A stretch of 64,000 nt of DNA. Origin: Lama glama (Eukaryota). Under the pieces are notes generated by a model. It was not told the DNA's origin. It searched no databases and saw only the letters and a program-made list of their open reading frames with translations. The first letter of the stretch is position 1. The number at the start of each line of letters is the position of its first letter. Position numbers and translations under genes: made by a program. Shown here piece by piece: positions 12,070 to 25,259 of the stretch. The stretch lies in contig CM052818.1 in assembly GCA_028534125.1 (NCBI GenBank), positions 1,118,001-1,182,000 of the forward strand. Direction: 5' to 3'.

Positions 12070-13330
12070 TAATTTTTAACTTTCTCTTTTGAAACAGTTT
12101 CTGTCTCACAGAAAAGTAGCAAGAAGAATACAGAGGAATTCCATTTACCCTTTGCCCAGACCCCCCGGTTTTTAACATTTTGTCCCATTTCCTTTATCAC
12201 TCCCTTTGTCTACAGGTGCTCATAAAGTCCGGAACCACAGCAAACATGACACCATCAAGGACATCTTCAGTCTGTAAATAGAACAATAGTACCTACATCT
12301 CCAGATTTTAGTGCCACCCTGTGTATTTACACATGTTACTTTTTCTCAACCATTTGAGAGTAGGTCATATTCATTTATTCCTTAATACTTCAGTGTATCC
12401 TTAAGAACAAGGGCATTCTCTTATGTTTCTGTCTTAGTCTGTTTGGGCTGTTATAACAAAAATACCATGGACTGGGTGCCTTGTAAACGACAGGAATGAG
12501 TTTCTCCTGGTTCTGAAGGCTGGGAAGTCCAAGACTAAGGCACTGGCAGTCTGTCTGTGGAGGGCTGATTCCTGACCACAGATGGCCAACTTTTTGCTGT
12601 GTTCTTACCTGGTGGAAACGGCATAGGAGTTCTCTGGAGCCTCCGTAAGGGCATTAATGCCACTTGTGAGGGCTCTACCCTCATATATAATCACCTCCCA
12701 AAGGCACCCCCCTCTAAATACCATCACCTGGGGGCTGAGGATTTAACATAGGAATTTTGAGAGGGCACATATTCAGTCTACAGCAGTAACCACAGTGCAG
12801 CTATTATGTTCAGTACTTTTATTTATCTACGATCCTGTTCCAGTTTTGTCCATTGTCTCACTAATATCCTTGAGGGCATTTCCCCCTCCAGCTCGGGATT
12901 CAATCCAGGATCATGTGTTGTATTCAGTTGTCTTGTCTCTTTAGTCTCCTTTAATGTAAGACAGGCTTCCTTTGTCTTTGTGACAAGGACATATTTGGTG
13001 AGCAAGGCCAGTTATTTTATGGAATGCTCGTCAGCTTGGGTTTGTCTGATGTTTCGCACGGTTAGACTCAGTCTGTCCTGAGCACTATGTGAACCCTACC
13101 GGGAACTGCTCAGGGCATCGCATCTGGAGGCACACAGTGTTCATTTGCCCATCACTCGTCCTTTGAAGACTCCCCCACCGTTTTGGGGAGTGACTTGGTT
13201 ACTTCCTAGCACAACATGTGCTGGTCTCGTCCTGTGCTCTCGCTCCCCCAGCCCTGGAACCAGCCGCGTCTCTAAGGAGGCCTGGCTTGTTCTAGTGGAC
13301 CAGGATCTGGGTGTCATCTTGTCCTCACTA
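12070..13330 (-). mobile_element. Ancient L1M (L1MC-like) 3' fragment interrupted by a MaLR LTR
   Basis: L1MC-type 3' UTR text (aagaacaagggcattctcttat | aaccacagtgcag...) resumes across the LTR. Boundaries approximate. Confidence 0.55.
12430..12785 (-). mobile_element. MaLR solo LTR (MLT1A/MST-like)
   Basis: TG...CA termini TGTCTTAGTCTGTTTGGGCTGTTATAACAAAAATACC ... ATTCAGTCTACAGCA. Homologous to the 7886 copy. Confidence 0.8.
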
Positions 13331-14700
13331 TCCGTTTAATGTCCATCTAGCTCTATTATCTCCTGTCTATTAAGTTGGAATCATGCCATTTATATGCATT
13401 TCACAAATCATCAGCAGTTTTGCATGTCACAAACATCTGAGAACATGATTTAAATGGCTGTGTAGTGTTCGATCATGTGAATGGATCATTCTTTCAAATG
13501 ATTCTTTATAAATGACGCAGCAGGGAATGCCCTCAGCATGTTGCCCTGGACGTCTCTGATGGGCAGCACGCATAAGTGGGAAACCAGGTTAGGCCATCAG
13601 AGTTACAAGAGATCAGAGAAGCACTGTTCTAGTTAGGGATGTGCGGAAGCTTGATGGGTCTATGAAAGACGGCTCTTCCAGGGGGTCGAGGTGGGGTTGG
13701 AGAGGCTGCTTCTTGCACAGGTGCCTCGTGAGCAGAGAAACACAGGCGGCAGGGGGCCTGGTGTGTGCAGGGGGCCTTGAGGTGCCCCGGGGACTCTCCC
13801 ACTGGCTTATTGGGAGGGGGAAGGAGCAGAAATTGGCTGCAGGGTCTGGTGTCCTACTGAGCAAGGGAGAGAGTGCCGAGGCCGGGCCTGGAGAGCTGTG
13901 GGGCTCCAGGGAGGAGGCAGAGCCCCGAGTGGTGAGGCATGAACCCCCAGCGTCTACAGATTTCCGTTTGGTCCCCTAGCTCTGCGCCCTCTTTCCTGCC
14001 CTGGAGTTTGGTTTTGCCAAGCTGGCTCTGGCCCTCGGGCAGCAGGCCCAGCAGTTGCTCGGTTTCCTGTCGTTGTGCTCTAATGCCTGTGGTCTGTTTA
14101 GCACAAAGCCCTCCTTTTCCAAGGCCCCTGCTCTGGGGCAAGGCCGGGGGCTGCGGGCGGGCGGGCTGGCCCCTTGTGCTGGGCCTCACAGCAGCAAAGG
14201 GGCTCTGGGGGAAGGAAGGCCTGAGGGCTGGGGGCTGGGCACTACCGTGTGAGCTCTGCCTGTGGGGAGCTTTCCCTGGGGGCAGAGCCTGGGCTGGACT
14301 TTGGGGAGGGACCCGCCCTCACTAGCGGGTAAGCCAAGCAGGGAGGCTGGGAGAGGGCAGGGGCCCAGGCCTCCCCTCCAGCCTGCGTACTCAGTGGTGC
14401 TCGGTAGTGCATCTCAGGGAACGGAGCAGAGAGGGAGAGAAATGAGAAGCACGTTGAAGACACATTGGGACAATCACCAAGGGTCTTGATGGTCTGGATT
14501 GACTTTAGAAAAGCCCTTGGACCTGGAGAAGCTGCCCTTGGGTCACTGAGGAGTGAGGCCTTGTTGGCATTCATCACCCACATGGGGAGTCCTGGGGAAA
14601 GGGGGACCCTGACAGTAAGGGTGAGCAGTGGGTGGGGTTCCCCAGTGTCTAGAGGATGGGGTACGGCAACTGATCTCTCCTCTCCCTCCCCCTTCTCCAG

Positions 14701-14768
14701 ACATCCTTCTATGGTCGCCTCAGGCACTACTTGGATATCATCGACCCCGCACACTCTTTGTCACTGAG
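14701..14768 (+). CDS. SFXN5: SFXN5 exon 2 (68 nt; apparent 1-bp deletion/frameshift)
   Basis: CCCCTTCTCCAG acceptor and GAG|GTGAGT donor. Reads TSFYGRLRHYLDIIDP, and the homologous (R)TLFVTE continues only in a shifted frame (GAC CCC GC ACA CTC TTT GTC ACT GAG). Confidence 0.9.
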
Positions 14769-15059
14769 GTGAGTCACGGCTGTCCCTCTCAGTGGAGGCC
14801 CCTTGGCCTTCCTACCGTGTGACTTGAGAAGATCCGCGGGTCATCTGTGTGTGTGCCTAATAGACATTATCTCGTTCGTCTGGATCTCACAACATCCCTT
14901 CAGGGTAGTTGTAGACCATTATTATTATTTCAAACTTCAATAAAATTATTACTAAGTACATGAATTACACGCTCATTACAAAAGTTCAAACAGTACAGTT
15001 GTGTTTAAGAAGAATCCTTTGTACACTCTCCCCACCCTCCTCTGATAGGTAATGTTGGC

Positions 15060-15750
15060 CTTTCTGAGGTATAATTTACCTTTCCTGTGGAAGCCATCCT
15101 GTGAGTTTTGACAAACATATTCAGTCAGGTGTCCACACTATATGGAAGATGTAGAACCTTTCTGTCACCCTAAAAGGTTCCCTCATGCCCATTTATAATC
15201 AGTCTCCACCACCCCCTGCCGAGTCCCTGGCAACCATTCATCTGTTTTCTGTCCCTCCTGTTTTGTTGTTTCTAGAATTTGCTAGAATGCCGTATCTGTA
15301 GAGCCCTACAGGATGTAGCCTTGCGTGTCTGACTTCTTTCCCATCGCACAGTGCTTTTGAGATTCACCTGTGTTGTATGTGTCAGGACTTCATCCTTCTT
15401 TATTGCTGAGTAGTATTCCATTGAAAGGATGTTCCAGAATTTGTTTATCCATCCACTTGTGGATGAACCCCTGGGCTGTTTCCACTTTTTTGGTTATTAT
15501 GAATAAAATGGCTGTGTGCATTCTTTGTGTGGACGTATGCTTTCATTTCCCTTGAATAACTTACTAGGGCTGGGGCTGCTGGCCCACGTGGTGTGGTAAG
15601 TATAGGTTTAACTTCCTAGGACACGGCCAAACTGTTGTTCAGAATTGCTGTACCTCTTACATGTTCATCCACGGTGTTCCACTGAGCTGCTCTGCATCCT
15701 CACCCACCCTTGATGCTGCCAAATTTAAATGTACTTGTTTCAGCCATCTC
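15060..15750 (-). mobile_element. L1MB/L1ME 3'-end fragment
   Basis: ccctggcaaccattcatctgttttctgtc...tttattgctgagtagtattccattg...tttgtttatccatccac typical of antisense L1M 3' ends. Confidence 0.7.
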
Positions 15751-15824
15751 AGGAAGTGTGTCTTTATAGCCTGCATACTGTACTTAGAGATGTGTACAGG
15801 AATGCATGCACACACAAAGTAGTA

Positions 15825-16045
15825 AGTATTTATTAAGCACTTTCTGTGAACAAGGCAGTGTCATAAGCATTTTACGTGTATTGGCTCATCAGATTAACTC
15901 AAAGCAACCCTACGAGGTAGATTCTATATGAGTTCCATTTTACAGATGAGGAAACAGACAGACAGACAAGTTAAATCTCATGCACATGGTGCTGGCCAGT
16001 GATGGAGCCAGGGTATGAGCCAGGTAAGCTTGTATTCAGAACCTT
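15825..16045 (-). mobile_element. MIR SINE
   Basis: MIR core caaccctacgaggtag...ccattttacagatgaggaaac. Confidence 0.7.
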
Positions 16046-18399
16046 TAATTTGGCCAGTTTGCGTTCCTGTTCGGGTAACTTGAGTTTAGGGAACTCTCCC
16101 AAGATTACTCAACTGGAAGAAGGCCTGAGCTCCTGCCCTGGGTCCCCACATACGCTGAGGCAAGTCGCTGAGCCCCTGAGTCAGCTCCCGGAGTGGACAG
16201 CACGCTTCTCTGGGCTGAACGTTGGCTTGCTTCAGCTCTGGAAGTGATCACCTCTGGGAGGGAGAAGAAGCACGAGGCCTGCTAGGACCGTCCCCACTGT
16301 GCCTGGGAGAGCAGCCCAGTAGTGGGAAATATGAGAACGACCCTGATGCGTGGTTTCCTACAGCATCTCAGGAAGGAGGAAGGACTTGCATATTTACCTT
16401 GTTGTACCACCTCTTAAGGGCAAGGCTATTGGACTTCTGGGCCCTGTCTGGATTCTCCTAAGGGGTAATCAATGGGATTACATAAAAATTTTATAGAGCA
16501 TCAAACTAGGGAAACTGCTTACCTAGCCTAGGTTATATGTCTTTCTAGAAAGTTCCAGAATGGAGCAAAACTGGATAGAGTTGCAGCATAAATCCCAACG
16601 TAAATGCCACCTATTTGACGGAGGAGGCAACAGAAGCCAGTGCTTATTTCAAAAGATAGAGGTGGACTTTGAGGCACGTTGAGAGATGGTGGAGGGAGCC
16701 TCGGGAGGTCAGAAGGTATTTCAGACTACCTCCCCAGATTGTCACGAGCAGGCAGGGCCTTTGGGGATGGACGGGTACCCACAGAGCAGCATGCCGCCTG
16801 TGCTAGGGGGCCCACACCCTCCCTCCTCTCCGGTACGCACTCCTCTCATCCCCAGACCGTTTCATTTTACTACTGTTTCCTGTACCACATCTTTTTTCTT
16901 CAGCTCTTGCATTTTGAAAGGCCCCGGCATCCTTGTACATCACTAAACCATCTTTTGCCTATTTCCCCACCAGCAAATTTAAAAATCTCATTCTTTTCTT
17001 TACCATTAATTGAAATGTCAAGGAAACTTAACTATTAACTGACTAGAAAGTAACCGATGTGGCAATAATTTTAGACCATTTTTCAAATTTCACGTTTCCT
17101 CGCCTCCTCGAGGATTCTGATAGGCTTCCTAGAAACATCCACAAATCCTCTCCTTCCTGCATCCCAGTTGGGAGCTGTTTCCTATACTTCCTGCTGGCCT
17201 TTTGGAAATTGCCTGCTCACAGGAGACTTTCTAGGCCCCCCACCCAAAATCTGGAAGGCCCATGAGTGGGGCCCTTCAGGCCCTCAGTGGCTCTAGTCCA
17301 GGCAGATGGCTTAGCAAGGCCATCTGCATGGAAGCAATGAGAAATTAGAGGCACCAAGAGGAAAGAGCCTCTTACCTGAGCCCCTCCCCAATGAACTAGG
17401 GTGCTACCAGTAGGGCCAGGTTTCCTTATTCTGCTGGGTGCAGTCCACAGACCACAGCTCATGTCTACAAAACACTGTTTCTTTCCCAGCGCCCTTGGCC
17501 GGTGTCCTGGGAGGGAGGGTGGAGTTGTGGCTGCCCAAGTGGAGGAGATCTGGACAGCCCTGTTTGCTTGTGAGGGCTGGAGGATAGTGGAGGCCATGAG
17601 GAGGTAGCTCTGGAAGCCAGAGTTTCCTGAGGTGGAAAGATCCTGGGCAGTGTGAGCCATCCAGTGACCCGGTTCTGAGGGGCACTGGCTGAGTCGATGG
17701 ATAGACTCATCTTGAGAGACTTTTGCAGCTACTCATTTACAATTTATAACTGACTAAGCTTTAAAAAGATTGCAACCCTTGCATGTGTAATGAGGTGGAG
17801 CAAATTTTATTCACCGTAATTTCTCTTAGGAAGAAGGCTGTCTTTGTTCTAAGAATTTCTTGAGTAAGGCTTCAGAGAAGGAGGTTGGGCTGCTTGGCAG
17901 AATGAGAAGAATTGTGCTTTTTGAGCCTCCCAGGAGAAAGGAGAAAGAAGGAATAAGAGGAGAAAACGTGGCAAGGAGAGCAAGTAGCCACAATGAACTG
18001 AGAGGCCAGTGGCTGGAGGCTTTTTTGATATTGGTCATACATGCTTGTTAAAGTTGTTGACACTTTGCACTATTGTCCACTCCCCCATTATTCCTGTGAC
18101 ACTGTCATAAAATCTGCCTGGTTCGTGGAATCCCTGCAAGGGTAGGTTCTTTGGGGGGATCCTGTGGTGCTGTGAGTCTACTGTTAGGGTACAGTGTGTG
18201 CGGGATTGGGCCTGAGGAAGGAGCCCACGGGCAGAAGCCCCGGCTTTGTGCTTCTATCTAGGTCACGGAATTAGATCTAGATCTCTAAGGGCAAGGCTGT
18301 ACCAGCTGACACCTAAGTTACTTTTAATTATGAACCAAAGGTGAAAGTGATTTGCTATTCCGAATTCAGCAGTTATTTAAGGGAATGACTGGTTGACAG

Positions 18400-19260
18400 A
18401 TTATCATCCTGAAGGGCATAGAAAAGAAGTGGAAACAGTGTTAATAACATCAGCTCATTACTAGTATTGGTGTAGTCATCTGAAACTATTTGGGGTGTTA
18501 TATAGGTCAGAATAAGTAATTACACTGATATTGGGGACTCGGGTTCTCACCATGGGAGTAGGGAGGTACAAAAATGGGGCAGAGGAAAAGACAAAGAACT
18601 GTGCGATGTATTTGACTTGAAGGTATTAATATGAACTCATGATTTACACACACACACTTATATTTCCCAGTTTGCTGGTTCTGTTCACTGAAAGGGCCTA
18701 GAAGCAATGACACTCCAGTAACAATAAACACACTTAGCACTCAGATCTTGGTTTCTAAATACCACGACTTACTAAAAGGACCTGGGGCTTCTTTGAGAGA
18801 TGCCCAAAGCTGCACCTGAGGCAAAGAGAGTTGCTACAGAAAGTAAGAAAGTGTTCATAGAATGATGGCGACACAGGAAGTGGCCGAGTCCCACAGGCCA
18901 CATTTGGGACAAGTTAAGCATTAAGAAGAATAAAAGCAATGGATTATAATACACTGAAGAAGAAGAATCCATGAGTTGGTAGTAGAACTAAAAATGTGGG
19001 AGAGAGGAGCTCCTCTTCACAGAGGAATGTCAGCTAGTGTCAAAGGAAGTAACCACGGTGTAATTCTCAGTGAGATAACTGATTCTGACTAGGATCATCA
19101 ATGGATGCTAAAGTAAAAGGTTGCTGTGAAACAGGATATTCTTATGCTTTCAAGTAAGTATCACTCCCCAAAATTACTTAGCAATTACAAAGGGGAAAAT
19201 GTACCTTTACAATGGAGAGCTTGGATGAAAAATACTGATATCGTGTGCCTCTTGATGTGA
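18400..19260 (+). mobile_element. Ancient L1MC/L1MD-like fragment
   Basis: Shares text in opposite orientation with 49400-49800 (gaactcatgattt, ggcctagaa, ttagcac, catttgggacaa). Family inferred from memory. Confidence 0.45.
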
Positions 19261-19443
19261 TTTTGGTAGTAATCTCTAAATGCTGGAATATATGAAAGTC
19301 TAAAAAAGAAAATAAAAACTGCCCATTGTCTCATCTATAAGAAATAATCGCAATTAACATTCTGGTTATGTATATGTACAAAATTAGGGTGGTTTGTATA
19401 ATGTGTGTATATACATGTGTCTATATTTAGCTCTGTCTCTGTA

Positions 19444-19770
19444 CAGATGGTCCCCAACTTAAGATGGTTCAATTTACAATTTATGGACTTTACAATGGTG
19501 TGAAAGCGCTACACATTCAGTAGAAACCACACTTCCAATTATAGATTTTGATCATATCCTGGGCTTTGATTGGTGGCACGATCCTTTCTCCTGAATGCTG
19601 GGCCACAGCAGCCAGTGTTCCCAGGCAGCCACACATCACGGGGCAAACCACTGTTACACTTTGAGCCATTCTGTACACATACAGCCATTCTGTTCTTCAC
19701 TTTCAGTACAGTATTTAATGAATTACACGAGATATTCAACACCTTATTATAAACTAGCCTCTGTGTTAGA
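19444..19770. mobile_element. MER47/Tigger5-like TcMar DNA transposon, partial
   Basis: TA|CAGATGGTCCCCAACTTAAGATGGTTC terminus and ttcactttcagtacagtatttaatgaattacacgagatattcaacac body. Homologous to 44409-44905. Confidence 0.75.
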
Positions 19771-20992
19771 TGTGTCACACATATATTTAAAAGCATATAC
19801 AATATATGTATATATGACATATATATTTTCCATGTAGCATATCATGAGCATTTTTCCTTGTCATTAAATATTGTTTCAAAATGTGTGTAAGAACTCATAG
19901 TAATCCATCATGTGCTTATTCTATAACTTAATCATTCTCTCTGTTGACCATGTGGGTGGCTTCAAGTCTTTTGCCATTATAACAAATACTTCAGTAAATA
20001 CCCTTGTACGTAAATCTCCCCATATTTCCCTTTATTTCCTTTGGATAAATTCCTAGAAGTGGAATTTCTGAACGAAAGACGTCGTAAGGCTTTTGATTTA
20101 TATTGTCAAGTTTCCCCGCCAATTGTACCAACCTGTACCAACCAAGATACTATCAGTTTGTGCTCTCAGTAGCAGGGAGCAAGGATGTCCATTTAAATGC
20201 CTTCTAGCCAGTATCAGGTATTCTAATTTAAAAATCTTTAGTGGAATTTTTAATTAAAAAATGCCCCAAAGTCAGTACCCTTGTACACTTCAGGTTTATG
20301 CCCTTCCGCATACATTTTTGGCATACTTATTATGAACATGGGCTTTGTATTTGCTTTTTTCATCTGTTTCTGTCTTTATAATTTTAGAAAATCAAGGCTT
20401 ATTGTACAAATAACCATCCCTGTCAGACTTTTAGGTCTAGCAGGGAGGTTGTTTGCGAACTTTTGCTTTCCTGCAAGAAGTAGTCTCAGGCATATTGTTT
20501 TCCACTTCTGCTCAATCTATTTTTTAGAAAAAATTCCCGACAGTAAGGTATCCAGGCTGGTGACCATGATCGTGTTTACAGTTCTTGGGATAATTGGACA
20601 GTTTTATTTTCTAAAGGGCTATACCACGTGTCATGCTGCCAGAATTATATCGGTTTACCTCACATCGGTGCCCTGAAGCCAGAGGTCAGCCACAGGGAAA
20701 CAGAGCCTCTCTCCCCAGGTGTCCCTGGTTTCCCCTTCCCTCGGACCTGCCAGAGGATAGCTCGTGGCTGATGGGCGCCAAGGACCAATCTCAGTGCATA
20801 CAGATACCCCTGTGGGTCCAGGGACTGCTGGGAGGGAACAAGAAAGGGCTGAGGAAGGCCAAGGGAAGACTCCAGAAGGGCTTGAGACTGCCGCACGCTA
20901 GCTTTAGCTTTGGCCCCCAAGTCCCACATCCTGGGAGCCATAAAGGAACGATTCAGGCTGTGGGTGCAGACAAGGTAAGAATGTACGGCCCT

Positions 20993-21167
20993 AAGGAGGT
21001 AGGGTAGAGCGCATGCTTAGCATGCAGGAGATCCTGGGTTCAATCCCCAGTACCTCCTCTAAAAACAAATAAACTTAATTACCTCTGCCCTGATAAAATA
21101 AAAATAATTAAATAACGCAGTAATAAATAAATGAAATATTTTTTTAAAAAAAGAAGGGGGTAAAAAA
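20993..21167 (+). mobile_element. tRNA-Ala-derived SINE (vic-1-like), A-box partly deleted
   Basis: GGTAGAGCGCATGCTTAGCATGCAGGAGATCCTGGGTTCAATCCCCAGTACCTCC plus A-rich tail. 16-bp TSD AAGAATGTACGGCCCT (20977-92) / AAGAATGCAAGGCCCT (21168-83). Confidence 0.88.
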
Positions 21168-24100
21168 AAGAATGCAAGGCCCTGCCTCTGGCGGAGTCAA
21201 GACTGGCCCAGGTCAGAGCAAGCAGATGCTGAGTGATGATGGATGATATGATGTAACCTGCAAGCCCCGCCCCCTACCGCCAGTCCCGCCCCTTCCTGCG
21301 CTCCCCCGCCCAGCAGCCAGTTCTTTCTTTAGGGACCATCAACCCTGCTCTCACTTTTTTTTCAGTTCTAGAAGCTTTGGGACCCCCAAACTTTTGACTT
21401 TGCTTGAAATGCCGGTGTTTCAGTTGTATCCATTTTGACTAAACTCCAGTTTCTGTGTTAGATTGGGCTTGGCTTTGAAAGAGAATAAAGAAGCTCCTTC
21501 CTTTTCTTACCTAGGAGGCCTGGCCCCAATAGGCATCAGCTTTGGCGGGCTGCAGGCATTGCTGTGGTTTCTCTGGGAGACCACCTTTCTCTCAGTTACT
21601 GTCATGAAGACGAGAGGCTCTTCTGTCTTCATGTGGGTGGAAATGGCCCAGAGCTGGGACTGAGGGAACTTGGGGCTCCTAGGTACCACCCACCCACTCT
21701 GTGCCCCTGCTACTGAAATGCCCTTCCCGCTGGGGCACCAAGTGTCTCAGAGAAAGAAATGCCTACAAGGTTCTGTGATGTACACACAGAGAGAAGTACT
21801 CTTATCCACATCCTGTGTGAACAGGGCACCATCTCTTGGGATCCTGGGATTCCGTAAAACCAGCATCACCATCAAGGGACTCTGGCCTGCTGCTTTAGAA
21901 CCTGGATCTCTATCCCTGACCATATCCTCCACTTCCCCACAGCAGCCTCAGTCATTCATTTTTGTTAAATGCCGCTTATGTGTGGTGATGGGCTGGGGTA
22001 CCCTGGGTTCTGCAAAGATACCTCAAACCAGCCCCCTGCACCCTGCACTTTAAAGTCTCTGACAGATAATATGGGCACATGGTGGTGGGGGGTCAGGGAC
22101 CTCAGAGATGTGCAAGCCAAATGCTTGACTGCTCAGAGGAAAGAGGGAACATTTCTGGCAGATTTCTGGAGAAGATGGCCCTGAACCTTGAAGGATGGAT
22201 GGGGATGGGGTTGGGGAGGAAGGGTGTCCTGATGAGGTGAACAGTTAAGGCAAGATCAGGAAGTGGGAACCTGCAGGGACCACCTGGAGAGTGGGTGGGT
22301 CCCTTTACCAGAAGAGGGGATGAAATATTTCCGGATGCTCCTCACATCCTGGCCACGTGCCATCACTCCCATCATATATTTAACATATTAAATATTATAA
22401 TAAATTGAATATTTAAATCATTTTTACATCCTCCCTTGACCAAGCAGGGAATACACTCAGTTTGCATTTAGTTTGGGGTGGGCTATGATGTCCCCACCTT
22501 CCCCTTCAAAACAATAAGCTTTGCTTCTGATGACTTTCCCCATCTTTCTTTTTTGTACATTTCCTTCCTGTGTCCCACCATCCCCATTCCTGTCTTGCAT
22601 GATCTCCTGTCCTCTCTGCCCCACCCTAACACTCCATGCCTGCTCCTTTGCTTCCTTCTTCCTCTCAGGGCCTTGAGGTGGGACCCTCAGGCCAGGATTC
22701 TCCTCCATTCAAATTCTCTGCTGCTGGAGCAGACCTCCCAGGGGCCTGTTTCCAGAAGTACCTTCTGGAGACCATACCCCATCATGTACAAGGAGAGATC
22801 CTTGCTGTGACACTTTCTGGCCTGCTAGCCAGAGGCAGACAGACCAGTGTGGAGTCTGGGAAGCAGCAACCTGGGCTGTCCCTCCTCCCGGCCCAGCGCT
22901 CTGGCTCCCAGGGCTGCAGCCTTGTCTCCAGGCCAGCTGGGCTCCTCTCTTTGCTTTCAGGGCCTGGCTGTCTGTGTATTCCTGGTTGAAAAAACTTCCT
23001 GCAAAGTTCACCCTGCCACCAGCTGACTTCCAGCTTTCCCCATCCCTCAAGGGCCCAGAGCTCTTCCGCCAAGCCTCACAATGCAGCAGGGTGAGTGGAG
23101 GGTTTAAAGCAGAGAGACCCTCCTATCCCTGAAAATGGCCCCCTTCTCTGCAGTGACAAGACCAGCCCCCACAACAGCCAGCCCTCAGGGATGTCTCAAG
23201 ACAAGTGACCTGAGGCCTTGCCTGCCTGGAGCCCTAACCCCTCAGCCTCTGACTGAGGGGGCCAGGCTGAGGCTTAGCAAGGCCCAGAGACAGAAAAATC
23301 ACATCCTAGTTTCCCTCAGTGCTGCACTGGATTTGGTTCTTTCTCAGTTCATGCCAAGATCAGGGCTCTTTGGAACTTACTTTTGTGGCAGGAGGCCTCC
23401 CTTTGATGACCGTGTCAAATGAGATGGAATCTGGCCAGATTGTTAGAGGAACTCCGGACAATCCCCGGAGTGGGAAAATAATGAGAACACGGGGCCATTC
23501 ACCATTCAGGGTAGAAAGCAGAGCATTCATTGTCGGGGCAGAGGCTGTGGCCCGGAGGAAGCCAGCTTGGGCTGGGGGAGCTTGCCTCATTACTAGGAGG
23601 CTTTGTGGGGAGGGGGTTGCAGGGACAGTGAGGGTCTGACTACACTCCGGGTTCAAATACTAAACCACGCACTTTCTATCTGTGTGACCATAAGCAAGTT
23701 AAAACAAACGGCATGAAAAAACAAATGCATTAAGTCAAAAAGGAAAATCATCCTCACTTTTGCAGTGGTTATCTCAGTGGTATGTTTACAGGTGGTTAAA
23801 AAAATTTTTATGCGTTTCCAGTTTTTCTGACATTTTCTCTAAACAGGATGGATTACTAATGTAACGAGAAAAAACAAAAACACAAAGCTATCTCTACTTT
23901 TGGAAACAGATTCTGGGAAGGGACTCTGGAATTCAGGGGTTAATATGCATACGTTTGAAAGGGGAGGGGCGGTCAGGCTGCTCCCAAAAAGACGTTGTCA
24001 TGGCCCCAGACTGCCCTGGGTTAGACCAGCACTGGCCACAGTTATCTCACACACAGGCCCGATGGGTTAGGGTGGCCCGGCTGCCTTGTCTGGGCTGGCA

Positions 24101-24269
24101 GTTAGTCCTGCTGTTACAGTATTGGAAGTGGCTGTTCATTTCCCATCCTATGAGACCTCAGTCAGCCAGCTCAGCAAATGCCCCGCGGGCTGCCCTCCCT
24201 GGGGCTGCAGCCTGTCTTTAGTCCAAGGGCTTTTGCTGAGGTCTTTCTGCACTCCTGTCCTCAACCAGG

Positions 24270-24659
24270 TTTCCATTCCTCTAGAGGAGAGGTCTAAAAA
24301 AACTATTGCTGCAATTTATGTCAAAGAGTGAATTGCCTATCTATTCCTCTATGAGTTTTATGGTATCTGGTTTTACATCTATGTCTTAAATCCTTTTTGA
24401 GTTTATTTTTGTATACGGTATTAGAGAATGTTCTAATTTCATTCTTTGATACAAATCCATCCAGTTTTCCCAGCACCAATTATTCAAAAAACTTTACTCC
24501 ATTGTATATTCTTGCCCCCTTTATCATAGATTCATTGACCATAAGTGCATGGATTTATTTCTGAGCTTTCTATCCTGTTCCATTGATCTACGTATCTGTT
24601 TTTTTGTGTGTCAGTACCATACTGTTTTGATTACTATAGCTTTGTAGTATAGTCTGAAG
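24270..24659 (-). mobile_element. LINE-1 ORF2 3' fragment (younger, artiodactyl-type L1)
   Basis: Antisense L1 ORF2 text ...ccagttttcccagcacc...gtaccatactgttttgattactatagctttgtagtatagtctgaag. Confidence 0.85.
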
Positions 24660-25141
24660 GGGAAAAATCTTTTATTCTATGTTTAGAAAATATTACAAAA
24701 TCACTGTTATGTGAAGACATAATCAAATGAAACCAAAAACGGTAGGGGAAAAATATTACAAAAGTATGTGAGATGGTTAGTTTTATAAAATTACATTATT
24801 TTCTGGATTTGAGGATTTTTTGCTGTTTGTTAGCTTAAACACTTTTTTAAATTTGGAGGATAATTTTAGATTTACAGAAAGTTGACAAATATAGTACAGA
24901 GAGTTCTCATGTATTTGTAACCCAGCTTCCACTAATGTTAACATTTTACAGGTACATTGGTCCAAACTGAGAAACCAATATTTGGTACAATATCATTAAC
25001 TAGACTGCAGACTTTATTCAGATTTCACCAGTTTTTCCATTAACATCATTTTTTCTGTTCCAAGTTCTAATCCAGGATCCCACATTGCATTTGGTCATTG
25101 TGTCTCCTTAGTTTCTTCCCATCTGTGATGTTTACTTGATC

Positions 25142-25241
25142 NNNNNNNNNNNNNNNNNNNNNNNNNNNNNNNNNNNNNNNNNNNNNNNNNNNNNNNNNNN
25201 NNNNNNNNNNNNNNNNNNNNNNNNNNNNNNNNNNNNNNNNN
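25142..25241. other. Assembly gap (100 N, true size unknown)
   Basis: Run of exactly 100 N. Confidence 0.99.
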
Positions 25242-25259
25242 ACAAATTTAAAATAAAAA

